Made by a program: the position numbers and the translations under genes. A stretch of 64,000 nucleotides of DNA from Escherichia coli. GTDB taxonomy: Bacteria > Pseudomonadota > Gammaproteobacteria > Enterobacterales > Enterobacteriaceae. The notes beneath the pieces are model-generated. The model had not been told where the DNA came from, searched no databases, and was given only the letters and a program-made list of their open reading frames with translations. The DNA lies in NCBI RefSeq assembly GCF_050920415.1, contig NZ_CP169309.1; one strand, written 5' to 3'. Of this stretch, positions 30,820-38,934 are shown one piece after another. The first letter of the stretch is position 1, and every line of letters begins with the position of its first letter.

Positions 30820-31986
30820 GTGAAAAACTACAAAGTTATTACTCCGCTTTTTCCTACCTATGCGCAAGTTAAGGCTATGATGAAAGCCGTCTCAGGCTAT
30901 TCCCTGAAAGCGGTACGCAATATGATTACCGCCATTCACGAGCAAACCGGTACGCCGCAAAAACCCGTTGACTGGTCGGAACCTGACCTGTGGATCAGCG
31001 AACGCTTAACGGGTGAAGATGCCGACATCGCCCGTCGTATTTGGGATACCGATAATCACATATTGAACCCGCGCCACAGCTACGGCTGCTACTTATTTCT
31101 CAACTATCCTCAGTTTGAGCTGATGGAAAGCACGCCAGATGATACCTGGCAGCCCACCTCGCGCGGGCAAAAATTCCTGCAAGATGACGAAAAAACGCTG
31201 CGTTCACTGGACGACCAGGAAGGCATTCTGCAACTGCTTGAGCTGCTGGCTGGCCGGGAAATGTCGCGCCGCGCCGATTTATTGCCGGAATGGCAGGCCT
31301 TTTTGCATCAGCATTCGAAATTCGCGTCAGCAAGTTCAGTGAAAAGCACGCTCTACTCCCGTCTCTATAACCTTATCGACCGTGACATGGTTAACCGTGA
31401 AGGCATGAGCTATCGCATCACCGATACCGGGCGCGCCTGGCTTGGAAAAGCGTTGCCTGCACGAAAAAGCGATCCGCGTAAAGAGCTGTTGGAAGCGGTA
31501 AAACGCTATAACGAACAGCAAAAAGAGCTGCTGCGCGAACAAATCAGCACGATGAACCCGTACAAATTTGAGCAACTGGTTGGTCAATTACTGGAAGCAA
31601 TGGGCTACGAACAGGTTGAAGTGACCAAAGCCTCAGGCGACAAAGGTGTGGACGTGATTGGTCAGGTGCAGGTCGGCATCACCACTATTACCGAAGTGGT
31701 GCAGGTCAAAAGAATGCTGAACACTATCACTCGCCCGTATATCGACCAGTTGCGTGGGGCGTTGCCTTACCACAAAGCCATTCGCGGTACGCTCATCACC
31801 ACCGGGAAATTTGCGGCGAAATGTGCAGAAGCGGCGCTCTTTCCGGGTGCCGCGCCCATTACGCTTATCGACGGCGATCGTTTACTGGAACTGTTAATCG
31901 AAAATAACGTCGGCATTCGCCGCAGCAATGCAGTGGAATTGCTGGATGTAGATTTGCAGTTGTTTGATGAGCTGGAGATGGATTAA
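30820..31986 (+). CDS. Mrr-family (Mrr_cat, PD-(D/E)xK) restriction endonuclease with extended N-terminal region
   Basis: The C-terminal 150 aa carry an Mrr catalytic-domain pattern (GDKGVDVIG...EVVQVKR...ITTGKF); 388 aa in total; GTG start, exact start uncertain. Confidence 0.72.
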   Translation: MKNYKVITPLFPTYAQVKAMMKAVSGYSLKAVRNMITAIHEQTGTPQKPVDWSEPDLWISERLTGEDADIARRIWDTDNHILNPRHSYGCYLFLNYPQFELMESTPDDTWQPTSRGQKFLQDDEKTLRSLDDQEGILQLLELLAGREMSRRADLLPEWQAFLHQHSKFASASSVKSTLYSRLYNLIDRDMVNREGMSYRITDTGRAWLGKALPARKSDPRKELLEAVKRYNEQQKELLREQISTMNPYKFEQLVGQLLEAMGYEQVEVTKASGDKGVDVIGQVQVGITTITEVVQVKRMLNTITRPYIDQLRGALPYHKAIRGTLITTGKFAAKCAEAALFPGAAPITLIDGDRLLELLIENNVGIRRSNAVELLDVDLQLFDELEMD

Positions 31987-32049
31987 AGGGCGAAATCCGC
32001 CGCCTCAACCATTACAATAGCGACCCAATTTATCTGAACAGAGTTCATC

Positions 32050-33669
32050 ATGGCCAAAGCACCAACTAAAAAAGCCAAAGCAAAAAAAGGCTTTGAAGAA
32101 ACATTATGGGATACCGCAAACCAGCTTCGCGGTAGCGTTGAATCCTCCGAATACAAGCACGTGGTGTTGAGCCTCGTGTTCCTGAAATTCATCAGCGATA
32201 AGTTTGAAGCACGCCGCAAAAAAATGATTGCCGATGGGCAAGCAGACTTCCTTGAGATGGAAGTGTTCTACCAGCAGGACAACATTTTCTACCTGCCGGA
32301 AGAGGCGCGCTGGTCATTTATCAAACAAAATGCCAAACAGGACGATATTGCGGTCCGTATTGACACCGCCCTCTCGACCATTGAGAAACGTAACCCAACG
32401 CTGAAAGGCGCGCTGCCAGACAACTACTTCAGCCGTCAGAATCTGGAAACCAAAAAACTGGCGTCACTGATTGATACCATCGACAACATCGAAACGCTGG
32501 CACACGAAACTGACGTTGAAACGTTATCGAAAGAAGACCTGGTCGGACGCGTTTACGAATACTTCCTCGGTAAGTTTGCCGCAACTGAAGGCAAAGGCGG
32601 TGGTGAGTTCTACACGCCTAAATGTGTGGTTACGCTGTTAACTGAAATGCTCGAACCCTTTCAGGGCAAAATTTATGACCCGTGCTGCGGCTCGGCAGGG
32701 ATGTTCGTGCAGTCGGTGAAGTTTGTCGAGAGCCATCAGGGTAAAAGTCGTGATATCGCGCTGTATGGTCAGGAACTGACAGCCACGACGTATAAACTGG
32801 CAAAAATGAACCTCGCTATTCGCGGTCTTTCAGCTAACCTCGGCGAACGACCGGCAAACACTTTCTTTAGCGACCAGCACCCGGACCTGAAAGCTGACTA
32901 CATTCTGGCGAACCCGCCGTTCAACCTGAAAGACTGGCGCAATGAAGCCGAATTAACCAAAGACCCACGTTTTGCTGGGTATCGTATGCCGCCAACCGGT
33001 AACGCCAACTACGGCTGGATTTTGCATATGCTCTCCAAGCTGTCGGCTAACGGCACAGCAGGTTTTGTACTGGCAAACGGTTCGATGAGTTCTAACACCA
33101 GCGGCGAAGGCGAGATCCGTGCACAGATGATCGAAAATGATCTGATCGACTGCATGATCGCCCTACCTGGACAGTTGTTTTACACCACGCAGATCCCGGT
33201 GTGTTTATGGTTTATGACCAAATCGAAGGCTGCCGACCCGGCCAAAGGTTATCGTGATCGTCAGGGCGAGACGCTGTTTATTGATGCGCGTAACCTCGGC
33301 ACCATGATTAGCCGCACAACTAAAGAGTTAACAGCGGAAGATATTGCCACAATCGCCGATACTTACCATGCCTGGCGCAGCACGCCGGAAGAACTGGCTG
33401 CACGGATTGCGCGTGGTGACAGCAAGCTGGAAAAATATGAAGACCAGGCTGGCTTCTGCAAAGTTGCGACCCTGCAAGACATTAAAGATAACGGCTACGT
33501 TCTGACACCGGGCCGCTATGTAGGTGCAGCCGAGCAGGAAGAGGACGGCGTGGCATTTGAGACCAAAATGCGTGAATTGTCGAAGACGTTGTTTGAGCAG
33601 ATGAAGCAGGCGGAAGAACTGGATCGTGCGATTCGCCAGAATCTGGAGGCGCTGGGTTATGGGGAGTAA
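32050..33669 (+). CDS. hsdM: Type I restriction-modification system N6-adenine DNA methyltransferase subunit
   Basis: 539 aa with an HsdM N-terminal domain, AdoMet motif DPCCGSAGMF and catalytic motif NPPF. Confidence 0.92.
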   Translation: MAKAPTKKAKAKKGFEETLWDTANQLRGSVESSEYKHVVLSLVFLKFISDKFEARRKKMIADGQADFLEMEVFYQQDNIFYLPEEARWSFIKQNAKQDDIAVRIDTALSTIEKRNPTLKGALPDNYFSRQNLETKKLASLIDTIDNIETLAHETDVETLSKEDLVGRVYEYFLGKFAATEGKGGGEFYTPKCVVTLLTEMLEPFQGKIYDPCCGSAGMFVQSVKFVESHQGKSRDIALYGQELTATTYKLAKMNLAIRGLSANLGERPANTFFSDQHPDLKADYILANPPFNLKDWRNEAELTKDPRFAGYRMPPTGNANYGWILHMLSKLSANGTAGFVLANGSMSSNTSGEGEIRAQMIENDLIDCMIALPGQLFYTTQIPVCLWFMTKSKAADPAKGYRDRQGETLFIDARNLGTMISRTTKELTAEDIATIADTYHAWRSTPEELAARIARGDSKLEKYEDQAGFCKVATLQDIKDNGYVLTPGRYVGAAEQEEDGVAFETKMRELSKTLFEQMKQAEELDRAIRQNLEALGYGE

Positions 33670-34975
33670 GTGGGAAACAGTTAGACTTGGTGATTTAACA
33701 AAGTGGTCATCAGGTGGAACACCTAATAAATCGGAGGATTCATATTGGAATGGTACTATTCCGTGGATTAGCGCGTCCTCTATGGAAGGTCATTTATATA
33801 GCGATTCAAAGCTAAAAATAACTGAAGATGGCTTAATAAATGGCTCTCGACTCGCCCCTGCTAATAGCATTCTTCTTTTAGTAAGAGGCAGTATTCTTCA
33901 TCAAAAAATTCAAGTAGGTTTGGCTACAAAGGCTGTTGCATTTAATCAAGATGTAAAATGTCTCATAGTCAATAATGATATGATTGATCCTTGGTATCTT
34001 TTGCTATGGTTTAAAGCAAAAGAACAAGATCTACTAAAAATAGTAGAAAGCACTGGGATAGGCGCAGGGAAGCTTGACACTAAATTATTAATGGATTACC
34101 CAGTTGAAATTCCACCAAAAGAGATTAAAGAATATATCCGTTTTTTGGGGAAAGCGATTTTTGATAAAATAACGCTCAACGAAAATATAAACTATAATTT
34201 GGAAAAAATGTCCCAAACCTTGTTCAAATCCTGGTTTGTGGATTTTGATCCGGTGATTGATAACGCTCTGGATGTCGGAAATCAAATCCCGGAAGCCCTG
34301 CAAGCTCGTGCCGAATTGCGTCAAAAAGTACGTAATAGTGCAGATTTCAAACCACTTCCGACGGAAATCCGCTCGCTTTTCCCAAGTGAATTTGAAGAAA
34401 CGGAGTTAGGTTGGGTACCAAAAGGTTGGGAAATTGGAAAACTTCAAGACTTACTTATTTTACAAAGAGGATTTGATCTTCCTTCTACCCAAAGAAATAT
34501 CGGTTTACACCCAATAATAGCTGCTAGTGGCTATAATGGCACACATGACATCGCAATGGTGAAAGCCCCTGGGATTGTTACTGGCCGCTCTGGTGTATTA
34601 GGTAATGTTTTCCTAATCCTTGAAGACTTCTGGCCTCTGAATACAACGTTGTGGGTAAAAGAGCTAAAACATGCTACACCATGTTACGGATATGAGTTAC
34701 TTAAAATGATAGATTTCTCTTCATTTAATGGCGGTTCAGCTGTTCCAACATTAAACCGTAATCATATTCACAATTTGGATTACTTGCTTCCACCAAGAAA
34801 TTTAATTGAGAAATTTGAGTTATTTTCTATGTCGTTATATAGACAAGTTCACGAATTCAAAAAACAAGCCCAAACCCTAACAGCCCTCCGCGACACCCTG
34901 CTCCCGAAACTCATCTCCGGCGAGCTATCCCTGGAAGATCTTCCGGATCTCAGCACCGATACAGAAGCTGCATAA
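33659..34975 (+). CDS. hsdS: Type I restriction-modification specificity subunit with two target recognition domains
   Basis: The ATG overlaps the hsdM stop by 11 bp; the region is AT-rich; two variable regions are separated by a conserved central segment and followed by a conserved C-terminal region. Confidence 0.88.
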   Translation: MGSKWETVRLGDLTKWSSGGTPNKSEDSYWNGTIPWISASSMEGHLYSDSKLKITEDGLINGSRLAPANSILLLVRGSILHQKIQVGLATKAVAFNQDVKCLIVNNDMIDPWYLLLWFKAKEQDLLKIVESTGIGAGKLDTKLLMDYPVEIPPKEIKEYIRFLGKAIFDKITLNENINYNLEKMSQTLFKSWFVDFDPVIDNALDVGNQIPEALQARAELRQKVRNSADFKPLPTEIRSLFPSEFEETELGWVPKGWEIGKLQDLLILQRGFDLPSTQRNIGLHPIIAASGYNGTHDIAMVKAPGIVTGRSGVLGNVFLILEDFWPLNTTLWVKELKHATPCYGYELLKMIDFSSFNGGSAVPTLNRNHIHNLDYLLPPRNLIEKFELFSMSLYRQVHEFKKQAQTLTALRDTLLPKLISGELSLEDLPDLSTDTEAA

Positions 34976-34983
34976 CGCATTTT

Positions 34984-35003
34984 GCCCCTGTAAAATCAGG
35001 GGC
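34984..35003 (+). terminator. hairpin (GCCCCTG-TAAAAT-CAGGGGC) followed by TTTCT between hsdS and hsdR
   Basis: Read directly in the 94 bp gap; it may be a partial terminator or attenuator separating the hsdMS and hsdR transcription units. Confidence 0.3.
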
Positions 35004-35069
35004 TTTCTGGTAAGGTTTTCTACTGATACGGGAATGCTTACCAGAAATTAGCCAGGGTTGGAGCGCGAT

Positions 35070-38000
35070 ATGAGTCTCTCTTTCAGTGAAGCAAAATTAG
35101 AACAAGCGATCATTGAACTGTTACAGGATCAGGGATATCAACACCTGATCGGCGATAATGTCCCACGTTCAAGTCTCGATCAGGTCATTATCGAAGACGA
35201 TCTCCGTCATTATTTAGCGGCACGCTACCAGCCTGATGGCATTACTGAAGAAGAGATTCAGCGACTGATCAAACAGTTCACCACGCTCCCCGCTTCCGAT
35301 CTTTATGAAAGCAACAAAACATTTTGTCGCTGGCTGGCAAATGGTTTTCTGTTCAAACGCGACGATCGGCAACAAAAAGATCTCTATATTGAATTGCTCG
35401 ACACCCGGCATCTACCTGCCGCACTGCGCCAGATATTTGACGCCGAAGATGTCCCGTTGCAACAGGCGGCGGAACTCCCGCCCTCCTATATTAATCCGCC
35501 GCTTAACCGGATTAAGATTGTTAACCAGCTTAAAATCTCCGGTAAAGATAATCAGACTCGTATTCCTGACGGCATTCTCTATATCAACGGTCTGCCACTG
35601 GTCGTCTTTGAATTTAAAAGTGCGGTGCGCGAGCAGGATGCCAGTATTGGCGATGCCTGGAAGCAGCTCTGTAAACGCTATCGCCGGGATATTCCGCAAC
35701 TGTTTATCTACAACGCGCTCTGCATTATTAGCGATGGCGTAAATAACCGGATGGGCAACCTGTTTGCGCCCTATGAATACTTTTACTCATGGCGCAAAGT
35801 CACCGGTAATGAAAACCGTGAACAGGACGGAATTCCGTCATTGCACTCAATGATTCAGGGGCTGTTTCATCCGGTACGTCTGCTGGATGTGATTAAAAAC
35901 TTTATCTGCTTCCCGGATAAAGCCAGGCACGAAGTAAAAATTTGCTGCCGATATCCGCAGTACTATGCCGCCCGCAAACTCTATTACAGCATCAAGCAAG
36001 CGCGTAAACCTTTCGGTAGCGGTAAAGGCGGCACCTACTTTGGCGCAACGGGCTGTGGCAAAAGTTACACCATGCAATTTTTAACGCGTCTTTTGATGAA
36101 GAGCGTGGAGTTTGCCAGCCCGACCATTGTTTTGATCACCGACCGCACCGATCTGGACGATCAGCTTTCTGCGCAAATGTGCAATGCCAAAAATTACATT
36201 GGCGACGACACCATCGTTCCTGTTACCAGCCGTGAAGATTTGCGTAATCAACTGGCGGGACGCAATAGTGGCGGTGTATTCCTGACAACGATCCATAAAT
36301 TCACCGAAGACACCGAACTCCTTTCTGAACGCAGCAATATCATTTGCATCTCGGACGAAGCACATCGCAGCCAGGTTAACCTCGACCAGAAAGTCATCGT
36401 CGATAAAGAAAGCGGAAAAGTGCGCAAAACTTATGGCTTTGCGAAATACCTGCACGATTCACTGCCAAACGCCACCTATGTTGGCTTTACCGGCACACCG
36501 ATTGACGCGACGCTCGATGTCTTCGGTGAGGTGATCGACAGTTACACCATGACCGAATCCGTTCAGGATGAAATCACTGTACGCATCGTGTACGAAGGCC
36601 GTGCGGCTAAAGTGATCCTGGACTCCAGCAAACTGGAAGAAGTCGAAAAGTATTACGAAGAGTGCGCAAACGCAGGCACCAATGAGTGGCAAATCGACGA
36701 AAGCAAGAAAGCCACGGCTACCATGAATGCGGTTCTGGGTGATGAAGATCGGTTAAAAGCCCTCGCGGAAGATTTTGCTAAACATTATGAAAAACGCGTA
36801 GCCGAAGGTTCCACCGTAAAAGGCAAAGCCATGTTTGTTTGCACCAGCCGTGAAATTGCCTGGGATTTCTACCGCCAGCTTAAAGCTATTCGCCCTGCCT
36901 GGTTTGAAGTGAAGCAAGCCCCCGATGGCGTCGTCCTGACGGAACAGGAGCAGAAAGAGTTACCGCCTTCAGAAATGGTGAAGATGGTCATGACGCGCGG
37001 TAAAGATGACGACGAGGCGCTTTATGATTTACTGGGCACAAAAGAATATCGTAAAGAGCTGGATAAGCAGTTCAAAAACGCTAAATCGAATTTCAAAATT
37101 GCCATTGTCGTTGATATGTGGCTGACCGGTTTCGACGTTCCTGAACTGGATACTATCTATATTGATAAACCCTTACAAAAACATAACCTTATCCAGACCA
37201 TTTCTCGCGTTAACCGTAAACTGGAAGGCAAAAGTAAAGGGTTAGTGGTGGACTATATCGGCATTAAGAGTCAGATGAACCAGGCACTGGCAATGTATTC
37301 CCGCATTGATGCCACCAACTTTGAAGATATTCAGCAATCGGTAATAGAAGTTAAAAACCATCTCGATTTGTTGGGGCAAGTCTTTTACGAATTTGACAGT
37401 CGGGATTATTTTAGTGGTGAGCCGCAAGCGCAATTATCCTGCCTCAACCGCGCGGCGGAATTCGTTCTGAGTACCCAGAAAGTTGAACGTCGTTTTATGG
37501 GACTGGTTAAACGCATGAAAGCCGCCTACGACGTCTGCTGCGGCAGCGAAGCATTATCACAGACAGAACGTGACTATATTCACTATTATCTTGCTGTTCG
37601 TTCAATTGTTTTCAAACTGACGAAAGGTGACGCACCGGATGTTACCCAGATGAATGCACGCGTTCGCGAAATGATTGCAGAAGCGTTAAAAGCTGATGGC
37701 GTAGAAGAGATTTATTTTCTTGGCGATAAAAAAGCGGAATCCATCGATATTTTTGACGAAGATTATCTGGCGCGAATTAACAAGATCAAACTTCCGGCAA
37801 CGAAGATCCAGTTATTACAAAAATTACTGGAAAAAGCAATCAGCGACTTCAAGAAAGTGAACCAGTTGCAAGGGATTAACTTCACCCGCCGCTTCCAGGC
37901 GATTATAGATCGTTATAATGAGCGGCGAGAAGATGATGTACTCAACGGTGAAGAATTCGATACATTCAGTCAGGAAATGACCGATATTATCTATGATATT

Positions 38001-38372
38001 AAAACCGAAATGGGCACCTGGGCCGACTTAGGCATTGATATTGAAGAAAAAGCCTTTTTCGACATTCTTGCTCATATGCGCGATAAATATCAGTTCACCT
38101 ATGACGATGAAAAAATGCTGTCACTGGCAAAAGAGATGAAAAGCGTGGTTGACAACACATCGAAATATCCTGACTGGAGTAAACGCGATGATATTAAAGC
38201 GAAACTGAAAGTTGAACTTATTCTGCTTCTACACAAGCATAAGTTCCCGCCAGTAGCGAATGATGATGTTTATATGGGTGTGCTGGCACAGGCAGAGAAT
38301 TTTAAAGAACATCATATGAGTGCTTTAAATTACTATGAACGCCGGATACACTTTGTTATCCGGCCATTGTGA
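35070..38372 (+). CDS. hsdR: Type I restriction enzyme R subunit (SF2 helicase/translocase plus endonuclease)
   Basis: About 1100 aa with an N-terminal HsdR domain and DEAD-box-like helicase motifs (GTGKS-type Walker A, DEAH-like box); GGAG Shine-Dalgarno before the ATG at 35070. Confidence 0.9.
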   Translation: MSLSFSEAKLEQAIIELLQDQGYQHLIGDNVPRSSLDQVIIEDDLRHYLAARYQPDGITEEEIQRLIKQFTTLPASDLYESNKTFCRWLANGFLFKRDDRQQKDLYIELLDTRHLPAALRQIFDAEDVPLQQAAELPPSYINPPLNRIKIVNQLKISGKDNQTRIPDGILYINGLPLVVFEFKSAVREQDASIGDAWKQLCKRYRRDIPQLFIYNALCIISDGVNNRMGNLFAPYEYFYSWRKVTGNENREQDGIPSLHSMIQGLFHPVRLLDVIKNFICFPDKARHEVKICCRYPQYYAARKLYYSIKQARKPFGSGKGGTYFGATGCGKSYTMQFLTRLLMKSVEFASPTIVLITDRTDLDDQLSAQMCNAKNYIGDDTIVPVTSREDLRNQLAGRNSGGVFLTTIHKFTEDTELLSERSNIICISDEAHRSQVNLDQKVIVDKESGKVRKTYGFAKYLHDSLPNATYVGFTGTPIDATLDVFGEVIDSYTMTESVQDEITVRIVYEGRAAKVILDSSKLEEVEKYYEECANAGTNEWQIDESKKATATMNAVLGDEDRLKALAEDFAKHYEKRVAEGSTVKGKAMFVCTSREIAWDFYRQLKAIRPAWFEVKQAPDGVVLTEQEQKELPPSEMVKMVMTRGKDDDEALYDLLGTKEYRKELDKQFKNAKSNFKIAIVVDMWLTGFDVPELDTIYIDKPLQKHNLIQTISRVNRKLEGKSKGLVVDYIGIKSQMNQALAMYSRIDATNFEDIQQSVIEVKNHLDLLGQVFYEFDSRDYFSGEPQAQLSCLNRAAEFVLSTQKVERRFMGLVKRMKAAYDVCCGSEALSQTERDYIHYYLAVRSIVFKLTKGDAPDVTQMNARVREMIAEALKADGVEEIYFLGDKKAESIDIFDEDYLARINKIKLPATKIQLLQKLLEKAISDFKKVNQLQGINFTRRFQAIIDRYNERREDDVLNGEEFDTFSQEMTDIIYDIKTEMGTWADLGIDIEEKAFFDILAHMRDKYQFTYDDEKMLSLAKEMKSVVDNTSKYPDWSKRDDIKAKLKVELILLLHKHKFPPVANDDVYMGVLAQAENFKEHHMSALNYYERRIHFVIRPL

Positions 38373-38444
38373 ATTAACGTTAATTTCTCTTCCAGATATC
38401 TCCAGTAACGCTTTTATTATTTTCTATTTTTAGCTGGACTTTCC

Positions 38445-38469
38445 CTGTATTTACTGATGATATGTCCAG
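38445..38469 (+). promoter_or_regulatory. candidate LexA operator(s) in the symE promoter
   Basis: CTG-N10-CAG arrangement (CTGATGATATGTCCAG) overlapping CTGTATTTACTG about 80-100 bp upstream of symE; symE is a known SOS gene. The match to the CTGT-N8-ACAG consensus is imperfect. Confidence 0.3.
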
Positions 38470-38475
38470 GTATTT

Positions 38476-38552
38476 AGCGCGGTGCGGATGTGCGCCAACA
38501 CACCCGCACCGCTAATCACAATCCCTATTTCTAAGGAATAGTAATCATGACT
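38476..38552 (-). ncRNA. symR: SymR antisense sRNA (type I antitoxin of SymE), approximate placement
   Basis: Placed by recalled K-12 biology (about 77 nt, antisense to the symE 5' UTR and start codon). A 9 bp stem, GCGGTGCGG at 38477-38485 pairing with CCGCACCGC at 38504-38512, is visible in this interval. The ends are not determined from sequence. Confidence 0.3.
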
Positions 38553-38888
38553 GACACGCATTCTATTGCACAACCGTTCGAAGCAGAAGTCTCCCCGGCA
38601 AATAACCGTCAATTAACCGTGAGTTATGCGAGTCGCTACCCGGATTACAGCCGTATTCCCGCCATCACCCTGAAAGGTCAGTGGCTGGAAGCCGCCGGTT
38701 TTGCCACCGGCACGGCGGTAGATGTCAAAGTGATGGAAGGCTGTATTGTCCTCACCGCCCAACCACCCGCCCCCGAAGAGAGCGAACTGATGCAGTCGCT
38801 GCGCCAGGTGTGCAAACTGTCAGCGCGTAAACAGAAGCAGGTGCAGGAGTTTATTGGGGTGATTGCCGGTAAACAGAAAGTCGCCTGA
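38547..38888 (+). CDS. symE: SOS-induced toxin SymE (AbrB-fold endoribonuclease-like)
   Basis: 113 aa ORF ([52 protein letters not shown]...) recognised as SymE/YjiW. Confidence 0.92.
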   Translation: MTDTHSIAQPFEAEVSPANNRQLTVSYASRYPDYSRIPAITLKGQWLEAAGFATGTAVDVKVMEGCIVLTAQPPAPEESELMQSLRQVCKLSARKQKQVQEFIGVIAGKQKVA

Positions 38889-38896
38889 TACATTGA

Positions 38897-38920
38897 CCCG
38901 GTAGCGCCAGTGCTACCGGG
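38897..38920. terminator. hairpin between convergent symE and the DUF262/DUF1524 gene (CCCGGTAGC-loop-GCTACCGGG)
   Basis: Read directly. Confidence 0.45.
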
Positions 38921-38934
38921 TATTATTCGCCACG

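Noticed and set aside
32050-38372. An anticodon nuclease (PrrC-like) or Abi gene embedded within the Type I system
   Set aside because: The hsdS-hsdR gap is only 94 bp and contains no ORF; the upstream 388 aa protein has an Mrr_cat C-terminus rather than the ABC-ATPase-like region of PrrC.
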